From Callorhinchus milii (Eukaryota): DNA of 64,000 nt. A model generated the notes under the pieces. That model did no database searches and was not told the DNA's origin. It saw only the letters and a list, made by a program, of their open reading frames with translations. The stretch covers positions 63,116,001 to 63,180,000 of the forward strand of contig NW_024704744.1 in assembly GCF_018977255.1 (NCBI RefSeq), in the 5' to 3' direction. Positions within the stretch are counted from its first letter, which is position 1; the number at the start of each line of letters is the position of its first letter. Shown here piece by piece: positions 27,101-39,100 of the stretch. The translations under genes and the position numbers were made by a program.

Positions 27101-30100
27101 GACATCTCAAAGCGCTTCACAGAATATACTGTAAAGTGAATTGACTGTATATTTTATGGGCGAAACGCAGCAGCCAATTGCGCACAGCAGTGTCCCACAA
27201 GTAATCGTGGACTAAAGTGACCAAATTATTTTTATTTATTTTGAAGGAATTATTTCCTCCGGAAAAGCAATCCGCCAATCATCTAACTACCGGGTTCCTA
27301 CTTACTGCTAGGTAAACAGAGGCGTGTGGAATAAGGAAACTTTCCAAACGTTTCGCTCTGCCCGGGAATTGAACCAAGGTCTCTTGCTTGCGAGCCAAGT
27401 GCTCTAACCACTAAGCTACAGGACTCCTTTATAGGAGGATCAAATTTGATGGATTATTTTAAGGACATTGTGAATCATCTAGAAATGCACTGTTTAAAAG
27501 AATAGTTTAAGTAGCCCCTTTATATCATTCTCAGTGTCGAATAAAGGGGTTAGGTATCTGAGAGGAAGATTCATAATATTCTGGAGTGGGAGAAGAACCA
27601 CTGCAGAGGGAGATGGAGAATATCATAAAATTTGAAAGCACATTAGTTTAACATGATGCAATACTAGCTTTAATACTTTGAACTTATTTTATATAAGATC
27701 CTTCTAGCCAGCAGAGACTTTCAACTCATTAGTCCTGTATGGAGTCCTGGAGCTCAGTGGTTAGAGCACTCGCAAGCTATAAACCTGGGTTCAATTCCCA
27801 GCAGGGCGAAATGTTGGGCAAGTTTCCTTACTCCACACGCCTGTTTATCTAGCAGTTGTTAATCGATTGGTGGATCGCTTTTCCAGGAGTAATAATTCCT
27901 ACAAAAAAATAATAAATTGTTCATTTCAATCCACGACCGTTTGTGGGACACTGCTGTGTGCAATTGGCTGCCAACACAAAGCATACAATCAAATCACTTT
28001 AAAGTATATTCTGTGAAGTGCTTTGAGATATCTCGAAGATGTGATAAGGAGTTATATCAAATGCAAGGATTATTATTATTTTTAAAGTTCCCCTTGAATT
28101 CCAGAAAGCATTAGGTGCAGGATGGCAAGGAGTTTAAGCAGCTAAAAATGTGTAGCTTGCCATTCAAAAAACACTGGCTGGCAAGCTTCCTGCTGCTTGT
28201 CCAGCTAGGACCACCCTAACCCTGGCTTTCGGGGTTAACAGAAGCTGAGTGGTAAGAATTGCTTCTCCCAGTGACTAGCCTCTCTCTCCAATTCTTGCCG
28301 ACGAACCAGGTTGGTTGGTCTGTCATCAGCAGTGTTCTGGAGTACTGCAGACTCACCTGGCGGTTTGGCTCGATTCCAACATTTCACTGCCAAACACGTC
28401 ACCATGGAGTTAGTCCAAGGGGATCCTGCTTATCTCCTCCTCATATTTAAACTGTTGATTGTAGATTCCTTTTATATCCGCCTCACAATGAAAAATTTAG
28501 ATGCAAGTGGACATATCAGCACTTTATAAGGTGAGGAAGACAATCAACAGGATATTTCCTCACTAACCTGCCCTGTTTCAAGTGACAGATGGGCCTGCTT
28601 GTATTTTACAGTATTATTATACTGCATATCACACATTTTACTGTTTGAATACAACAGCTAGGTGGTTAAAATCTGAGGAAAAAAGGCTATCAACCTCTCT
28701 ACATCATAAGTTTAGCCTCAGTTCATACAGGAGTTATCCTGCAGCTGTTCTTAGGCACACACTGGACATGTAGTGTTAAGACTTTTTTTTTAAATATAGA
28801 TTTTGGATTTGCTCTAAAATCCAATCTTTTAGACATCAAATTATAAATAACATAGATCATGTAAAACGTAGATCTCTGGAGTCAATTAATTATCTCCTGG
28901 ACTCGGTTCAGCGGCAGCATAGAACTGTGCCTTATGAGAATTAATTCAGGTCATGTTAACAATTTGGGATGCTTTATCCAGTTTTATGACCAATGGACCA
29001 TTTATTCGTCAATTGAGCTGTGGTTGAATTCCTGAATTGAAAATTACAACTGGGAACAATCTTACAAAATCTCTTTTGAATGGCCCTTTTAATGCAATGC
29101 AAGTTATTTTTATGATTGTTAATTCAGGGGTAATGAAATAGGATGAATATTTTATCCACATGAAAATCAAAAGACTAAGAAGTATGAATATGTACTTGAT
29201 CGGCTATTTGGGTGATGTACAAGGCCTAAATTTGCAAGATGCAAGAATCTGTTTTTATGTCTCTTATACAAGGGCCAAAAATCTAGATATTTACACTTTA
29301 TTAAAAACTGTATTAGTCAACAACTTGCATTTATATAGCACCCCTCACACAGGGTAGCGTCCCAGAGCGCTTATGGCATAGTCAAACAAGGCATGCTCTT
29401 TAGAAACACATGCTGACCCTCATTGCTGCACTGGACTAGGCTATGCTCAGCCTTCACTATGAGTTCACAATCCCAACATGGATCTTGAATCCAAACCTTC
29501 TGAATCAGTAAAAGTGCTTCCAACTGAGGTAGACTGAAAACTCATGATTCTTTTGTCTTTCTGCATCTTTAGCAATCTCCAGATCATTGGCAAGTCTTGA
29601 TCTCTACTAAAGTCCATATGTTCATTTGGTTTCACTCCTTCCCTTGATCTTTTTATTTATGAATCCGAAGCCAAATAAATTTATTCTGGGGAACAGATTT
29701 TACAGGTTATACAAACGAAGGAGTGTGAAGATGTAAACATTTTGTTATCTAGATGTAAACATTTGGTTCGTCAGTCTTCAGGAGGGTAAGTTGAAAACAT
29801 TACGCTCAATTTATTTCACCCTCACTCGTTTACAAAACTCATTTTTTCCTGAATGCGGGAACCTGTCCTATATTTTCTAGACCTGACCTGTGAAACAGTG
29901 TTGGGTCACGATCCTTATGGGAATTAAAATTACAGATATTAACATTTGACCCAAACGCTCAAGTACAAATGGTTAACAAACTAAAATAAACCAACAAAAA
30001 AGATACAAATAGAATGAGGCAAGCGGCAAATGTCAACTTCTACTTGTGGCCGAACGTCTACCAGGATGTGAGGGACCACTTGATCCAAAAGTTGTTTATA

Positions 30101-33100
30101 TTCCTGAAGTAATGAAAGGAAAAGTAAGTCACTAATAGCCTATTTTCTGCTGAGCATTAGGATACGTTATAAAGATACTGTCTAATACAGACTGTAGGAA
30201 GTAGTAGACTCTAAATATTGGTGTTGCTGAACATTTGCTTTTCTGAACTAACTGCAGGTTAAATCCTTCCTCCAAAGGTTTGTAATCAGTACAACTAGAT
30301 TGGCATTAAATAATTTAGATTTGAAATATCTGTAATGTTGATTATATTAACATTCCAATGACACCATCAAGAAAGCCTGCAGTCAGCTTGATAAAGCTGT
30401 AAACTACTGAAATCATGCAATGGTAGTTTTTATGCCTAACTCTCTTGATAAAGGGAGATCACAATATCATTCTTATCAGGAAAGGCAGCATTTTCTTATG
30501 GAATGTTGGTTATCCTATGTGTTCTCAAGCATTCATTGGAAATGAAGCAAGTGTTACATACTGCAGATAATTTGCATGAAACAACATTCGATAAACAATT
30601 AATTTGAAATGGGGTGGCATATTTGGATGGGGGGATTATAAACGAGGATGATGTGCTATTTCACATTTATTTGAAATAACAATGAATTAAATTACTAACT
30701 ACATTGGAGGAACTATTGTTAAAATAATAACATGCATTTTTATTGCACCCTTTACACAGGGTAACGTCTCAGAGAACTTGTGAAAGATATATGGTATTCT
30801 GGTTTGGAGTTGCTTGGCTCAGTTTCACGAACACCATTCTCCAATACTACACTTGAAGACACTTAGTGAAAGTTAGCACTGTAGCAGACTTCTGATCTGT
30901 TGTTCTAAATGTATTGGGTTTTTTTTCAAAAAAAACTTCATTAAGTAAATTATTTTCTCTACCCATTTCCCCCAAATAGATGTGTGAGGCTGGTGACTCA
31001 TTTCCAAGTCCTTAATCAATACGACTATTGAACAGAGGATGCTTAGGTGATATACCAGACTGGCCTGGAATGATCCACCCTCTAATTCTTCCCACCTTCA
31101 AACTAGCACTTCAGCTTAAGTGAATCTACTACTGTATACAGAAACCTCAGCAAATTTGAGCCTTCATTCTGAGGCAATTCAAATTTATTTAACCATTATA
31201 CTTTTAGAGATAAATATGACTACAATCTGTAATGCACCTACTAAATAAAACTGCAATACATCTTTGTTATGGAAATAAAATTAAACTTACCTCAACAGTT
31301 ACTCTTTGTTCTTTTGGTAGTAATTTAAGTGTCCTGCACTGAAATTCCAAAAGGCAAACAGGAGTTATAAAAAACATTACTAAACACATTATATGAGGCC
31401 TTCAGTTAAATGATGCAGCAATGTTACCATTTCATCGATTATAGTTTCTTCAAATGTCAGAGGTTCAGTCCCAAACTTGCCAGGGAGGGAGGTTGTTAAA
31501 GGTGCAACTGTATTTCGTGTTCTTGTGATAATGATCACATCATATCAAGCTTTCTTGAAAATTGCCTCTCTTCTGTTACATTTTCTGACCATCTTCAGAA
31601 AATGTATTATGTATGATTCCCAGCAGGGCAAAACCTTGGGCAAGATTCCTTACTCCACACGCCTGATAATAATCCCTCAAGAAATAAAAAAAAGCAATAA
31701 AATTGGTCGCTTCAATCCACGACTGTTTGTGGGACATTGCTGTGCGCATTGGCTGCCGCGTTTCGCCCACAAATATAGTCAAATCATTTTACAGTATATT
31801 CTGTGAAGCGTTTTGAGACATAAGAACAGCACTATATCAAATGTAAGGATTATTATTATTATTTTTCTTGGCCTAGTCTATAGTAGGCCAAGAAAGATGG
31901 TCAGAATATGTAACAGGAGAGGAAATTTTCGTGAGAGCTTAATTCTATGTACTATTTCTTCACTTTTCTACTCAGTCTATATTAATGGGAATGGTCCCTG
32001 AATTAAATGTGAGTGAAAACTAAAATGTTTCCATTGAGATTTCCACAAGAAACTATCAATGTTTTTTTATTTGGTCAGCCAGATGCCTGACATAATGCAG
32101 AAACCCATCACCATGCTTAAAAGTATCCAAACCAGATAGTTTGATGCATGTCACCTCCACCATGGACATTTCTATGTCTAGAATGGAATGCTCACTCTCC
32201 ACCCGGAGGGACAAATCCTGTTTACCCAATTCTAGAGAATATTAGGCGCCGATTGGCAAGAGCTAAGGCAACAGGACCCCAGGGTTTGTTGGGGTAGTGC
32301 TGTAGTTTCACCAGCTTGTGTTGTAAGTGTATGTAAAATGGTTCAATGTAGTAAATGGCCGATAAAGTATTGTTTACATGTTGCTCAAAAATACACATTT
32401 ACAGCTGGAGCCATTTAATGCATACTTATTCTCAGTGCACTGACCTTATCAGTTGCTGCTGAACCACAAAATCTCTCGTAGTTAATCAATTCTTTTATTG
32501 TGGGATTGTTACTGCACACTGCACAGGCTGGCTGTTTAGGTCGAAGTTTAATATTGCGGAATCGAGCTTCTAAAGCATCAAACACTAACATCTGTTGGCT
32601 GTAAGATGCTGAAGGATTACAGTGAAGGAACCTTCTGGGAAAACATAGTTCTGCCTCAGGAAACATGTTCAGACACAGGATTATACCCACAATTTAAACA
32701 TATCGTTATTGCTGGGCAATGGTTTCTGTCAAACAAACACGAAGATAAAAATACATAACAAACATGGTCCAAGCATAACTCACTAACATTACCTAGAATA
32801 AAAATGTGGTCTGAAACTACTTTAATTTAAAATGGAATGTCACTTAATAAATATACCATAGAACATTTCTAAATTAGCTTTTTGACCACTGGTAACCGAA
32901 GGGAATTTTCAGTGCTTTTATCAGCTTTCAGCTCGGATGCAATAACGCTGAGACAAATACTGTTGGAACAATAAAAATATTCTAACGTTACAAAAGGCTT
33001 TAATGATTATATTAACCTCATTAATATTAATACTCATTAAGGTTAAACAAACATGAAACACATTGCACTGCTGTTTGTTCTCTCTCCTATTCCCCATCCT

Positions 33101-36100
33101 GCCTTTTCTTGTACTTGGAGTCCTGTAGCTCAGTGGTTAGACCACTCGCTTTGCAAGTGAGAGACCTGAGTTCAATTCCAGGCAGAGGGCGAAACCTTGG
33201 GCAAGTTTCCTTACTCCACACAGAGCCTAATAATAATCCCTCCAAAAACAATAATAAATTGGTCATTTTCAAACTACGACTGTTTGTGGGACATTGCTGT
33301 GCGCAATTGGCTGCCGCGTTCGCCCACAAATATAGTCAATTCACTTTACAGTGTGTTCTGTGAAGTGCTTTGGGACGTCCTCCTGACGTGAAAAGCGCTA
33401 TATCAAATGCAAGGATTATTATTATTATTATTACTTGCACTTTACATTCAAAAATAACTCAATTTCTTTATTTGATGCCTTGTTCTCGTTTACAAAATCG
33501 CCAGGACAATTCAGTTATATTTCTTTCTGTGTTACATCCTATAGTCTATTTTGGAGACAAATGTCACATCCACAAATATGGTTGGCTAAAAATGGTCTGT
33601 AAAGGCCATATTTTCACAATCATTCATGACTATTGACTAATCAGATGGCGCATTTTTAGGTTACCAAGTAGGTGTTTACCAAGACAGAACTGGCTTTCAA
33701 TAGGGTCAGGCAGCTCCAGATCAGCTCCCAGACCAGTGAGAAGCACTCCTTTCCAAAATGAATCAAATCATTCCGGTTGCTCATAGCTCCTTTCCAGCAT
33801 TGTTACTGTCTTGGCCTAATAGAAGAGACTTGAACCGCTAAGGCTCTTCTCATCAGGCTGCCCCTGAAGATTTTTTTTCAATGTTAAATAAGGATGTTAC
33901 CATAGCCTTTTAATAATCTTTGCATTTGATAGAGCACCTTATCACGTTTTCAAGACGTCTCAAAGTGCTTCACAGGATATACTGTGAAGTGAACTGACTA
34001 TATCCTTTGATTGGCGAAACTCGGCAGCCAGTTTGCACACAGCATTGTCCCACAAATAGCCATGGAGTGACCAATTTTATTTGGAGGATTTGCTGGCGAG
34101 GACACCAGAAGAAATGCCTTTCCTTTTCAAATAGTCTTTTCCAATGTACACTAACAGGAATTATTCTCCCTAGGCTGTCCTTCCCCTTTATGGTGATCAA
34201 CCGTTGTAATAATACAAAACTACACAAAACGCTGAGAAGAGCCACATGATGGCAGTGTTCTCCTGAAATAATTCTAGTTGGTACTATGATTGCTATTCTT
34301 AGCACAATTTGCTTTGAGAATGCTAAATCTTGAAAACTGTAAAAGTAACCAGTACTTCATCCTATTTCAGGTGCCAAGTGGGTATTAAGCGTTGATATAG
34401 GCACGATATAAATGTAAAGTTGTATTGTATTGCTTCGAATCCACTGGAAACATCTACAGGAAAATACTTTGTAGTTATCTCAATGTTTCTAAAAGATTTA
34501 ATTAATTGAGGCGTATATCCTGAAAAGAAAATTATGAACACACATATGCAAATGGCAAGGAAATAAAAAGATACATCCTATTCCAGAAGCAATCTTCAGC
34601 ACCTCCAAAGCCTGAATGCATCCCATAATTCCTGGTACTGGAACATATAAAAATATATTAAAATCATTGTTCTTAACACAAACTTGATTGTCTCAAACAC
34701 TATTTACAAATTCTGGACTATGGCTTTTTGACTAAAATAAGCGTACAAGTGATACCCAAAATAAAGGAAGAAATATATGAATCCGTGCACATTCCCAAGT
34801 ATCCAGTTAGAAAATAGCACAGGCTGGGAGCATGTTCTCATTTGTAGTTTCAGTAAGCAAGAAAATGGAACAGTGAGGGAGAACCGGAACCTACAGGACT
34901 GAACAAAATACGCCATAGATATTATAACATGCTTTGTCACTTCTGAATGAGAAGCGATTAAATTAGATTACTTGTACCTGTTGCTGCCATGTTAAATCCT
35001 GATGTGTTTAAAAGGAGCTAGCAAGCCATTGTGCAAGGCTGAGAACAGAATAAATAAACCTACTTCTGACCACAGGAAGCTTTTACAGATTGAGACATTG
35101 CAACGTTTGCATCCTGCTGGTCAAGATTATTTTTACATCTTTAGAATTGCAGCCTATGTTTGTATAATGCAACAACAGCAAAGGAATTAAGTTTGACTCT
35201 TTTTACCATTAGCCTTTTCAATGAACCATCCATCAGCAGGAATAAAAACGTTCATATCATACTTTTATCAAATTGTGTTTTAAGACTTGAATTTCAGATC
35301 AATGACAACTATACAGAATACACATAATGAAAGTCAACAGTAACAACTTGCATTTATGTAGCATTCTTCACATAGGATAGTGTCTTTGAAAAGTTATGGA
35401 ATGAAGACTTACCAACACCCAGTACTCCTCCATCTGCACAGTTAGTTACAGTTTCAGCTGGAGGTGGTTTTGGGTAGAGACATCTATAGCATGGACCACC
35501 ATTGTAATTATATACCGTGAGCTGAAATAGTTAAATCATACACAAATGTATACTTAGCTAATAGACAAATATCCAAAATCTGGAAAAAAAACAGTAGTAC
35601 AGTAAACCCCCAGCTTAGCGTACTCCAGGTATCCGGAATTCATACCTAACCGGACCGAGCCCGAAACAGGAAACATTTTTAAAAAATTCTGGGGCCGCTC
35701 CCACCAGGTCACTTTCCTAGCACGCACCCCTACCTAACCATGATTGCTGGCTTTTGTGGCCAGGGATAATCACTTTGACTCAGTTTGAATGCTGTGGCTC
35801 TACTTTCTGTTCACGGATTTTAAACAATTACAATGCAAAGTGCTTCACACGATATACTGTAAACTAGTTTGACTTAAGTTTTGTTGGCAATACACGACAT
35901 AGCATTTACAAATTATTTCTCTCTCCTTTAATTACTCACCAAAGTATTTGCTGCTAAAAAATAAAATAATACTAATAATTCTTGCATTTTATACAGCGTA
36001 TCTTATTTTATGAACCCAACAAATGTGTTAAAACTGGGCGTGTATTATTTATTTTACTAAATATCTTGAGTTTTATTTTATTTTCATTACCTGTCCTTCA

Positions 36101-39100
36101 AACCTCAGAGCACTAGCTGAAACCAGCGGCTTCCCACTCAGTACACAAGTGTCATTGACAAGAAAACGGGTGGGTACGTTGTCAGAACAATCTACTATAA
36201 TGTCATATATAGAGAAAAAGAGTTAAGAAACATGTTGGCTTTTAACAAAAATATGGATCTACCACACAAAATAATACAGAAAAAGGATACTGTTGAATAA
36301 GCTGAATTGCATTCTTGTAATTCAATTGAAAGTGGTAAGGTATGCATTCAACCTTTGAATTCAACCTGTAGAACAGAAAAGATAGTGTAAAATAAATTAA
36401 AGCTATGACATTTTATAACTTGCTTTTTATCTTCTAATCTTTCAATATTAATAATGCTATCTATGCCTATAACAATAATTGTATAAAGGGTAAAGTGTTG
36501 CTGCACAACTCTCAGTGCCTGGCACTGAACCTTGGAGTAGTTTCACTCATTCAATTCCAGAATTTCTGATTTCAGACGCGAGGTCATTGAAAGTTGATTA
36601 AGCATAGACTTAATACTTTCCCACATGATCAGGTAAGACACAACAGTCTTTCAAATGTTGTGAAGAACATGTTATGTTCACAGCAGCAAAGACCTGGGAG
36701 CAAGTTTGCCCTCACAGCCAAGACACAATCTTGAGATTGGAAAACAAAAGAGAAGTTGGAAACTGAAAATTAAAGAATGCAGTAGATTAGTACATTGTAC
36801 TTCAATTTCTAGGGCATGGAATTGAATGCAGCGTAAACCTTCCACTTCCAATGACAACCTGAGCAATTCTAGTGTACCAGTTACACAAGCAGCCCTCTGG
36901 CCAGCAGGCATTTTCTAGGGTTTTAAATTTGTCCCATAATTTGAAGCACTGGCTTCCATTAAAATTAACAACTTTCAGGGTCTGGCATTGCACCTTGGAG
37001 TAGTTTCACTCATTCAATTCCAGAATTTGAATAAATCACATCATCACAGGAGTTCAGAACCAAATAGAAATCCCAAATTGCTGGTCAACATGTGGGAAAA
37101 AATTACACAACTAGAAGAAACATAAAAAGGTACAAAATTCCGTACTTTTTCTTTATTGAAAAGGAATTGGAGTACAATATTGACCTTTACAATAATAATC
37201 TTTGCATTTGATATAGCAACTTATCACATTATTTAGACGTCTCAAAAAGCTTCAAAGGATGTATTGCATTCTGAGATGCGATCTATGTGAAGAGCGCTAT
37301 CTAAACACAAGTAGTTGTTGATGTTATTGTACTATAGAGTGATTGTGTGCATTTTGTGGGTAAACATAATAATAATCCATGCATTTGATATAGCGCCTTA
37401 TCACGTCGTTCAGACATCTCAAAGCGTTTCATAGAATATACTGCAGTGAATTTTACATGGTATTAAAATAATGTGTTTTTCTTTCTTACTTTCTTTTTCT
37501 CTTTCTTAACATGGCAACCAATATACGCACAGTAATGTCCCACAGACACCCATGGTGACCATTTGATTTGGGGGGATTGTTGGTCAGGACACCGGGGAAA
37601 ATTCTATTCTCTTTTCAAATGATGCCATGAGGTATTTAACATTCATCTTGACAGGCAACTAGACCTCTGTTTAATGTCTCTTTCAAAGGACACACACTCG
37701 GCACAGCACTGCAGTGCCATTTAGGTTCCAAGTCACAAGGTGCAACTTGAAAACACAGAAGCAACAGTGCTACCAAGTGAACCAGGCTGACCCAAACAAT
37801 ACAATATAATTTACATTATATGGTGCCACGTTGGGAGGACGCCTCAAAGCGCTTTAAACTGTTGGCTGCGTACCCAAGCTGGAGTTGGGAGACAAAGGAG
37901 GTGGGAGGGTAAAGGTGACTGAATGCACAGTCAAAGAGGGATTTCTTGACTTTTGTATAGAAGACATTCCTCCAAGACTTTTAATCTCCTTTAAAGGACA
38001 GTGTGATATTGAACAATTTTGTCATTACAGAACCAAGCTGGGGAGGATTCTTAATAATGGTTTCCCACTTCACAGTTGTATTTGCAGTCCTGTAGCCTTG
38101 TGGTTTGAGCACTCGCTTCGCAAGCGAGAGACCTGGGTTTGATTCCCAGCAGGGCGAAACCTTGGGCAAGTTTCCTTACTCCACACGCCTGATAATAGTC
38201 CCTCAAGAAAAAAATAAATATAATAAATTGGTCACTTCAATCCACGACCGTTTGTGGGACACTGCTGTGCGCAATCGGCTGCCGCGTTTCACCCACAAAT
38301 ATACAGTCAATTCACTTTACAGTATATTCTATGAAGCGCTTTGAGAATTCTTGAAGACATGAATAGCACTATATCAACTGCAAGGATTATTATTATTATA
38401 TTATTGTTATTTATGTGCCTGAGTGAAACTAACTTTTCCACTGAGTAGGAGAATATCATTAATTAAATGTTGCTTTTCCAGTATCAGTACATCTCACTAA
38501 TCAAGGCACCCTTTTAGATTGTTTTTCTCCTGTAATATTGACTGTACACAAGTTTCACTAAAGCAGGCAATTCTGCAGTCATGGTTCTAGGATGAGAGGG
38601 GCTGGCACGCCGGGGAGAGATAAAGGATGGCATACTTACCGATTTATTGTGACTGCTGCAGATAATGCTTTCTGCACACCCACTCTATCTTCTCCATGGA
38701 GGACCTGCCTCTGTAGGTTACTAAGCTCAACTTCATCCCAATCAAGTAAGCCCAATCGACCTGCAATGATATTGACACATTGAAACACATTACCAAAAAA
38801 TGTACTGCATACATTTCCCACATACCTTCATAGTTCACTTTATGTCAACATGCTGCTCTACAAGTTTTGGATGTAGCAGACCCAATAGTAGAAAAGATAC
38901 TTAATATTTTGCCAATTAAAACTAGATCAGAGGCACAAGAATGTAAATCTAGAAAAGATATAAATGCAGGATGTCTCAATGCCAAATTCCAAAATGTACT
39001 GAAGAAGGTTACTGCAAGATGTTGTTAGGTTGAAACATTCTTGGACTTCTTGGATATGAATTCAAACCCAATCTAGTTATTCGTACAAAATGTCCAGAAC

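Noticed and set aside
35598-35670. TA-CAGTAAACCCC Tigger-like terminus
   Set aside because: Only one end found, so not called as an element
36193-36197. Canonical AG acceptors for MOCS3 exon 6 within ATTATAGTAG
   Set aside because: Both shift the frame relative to the phase-2 donor and would delete the conserved YD residues
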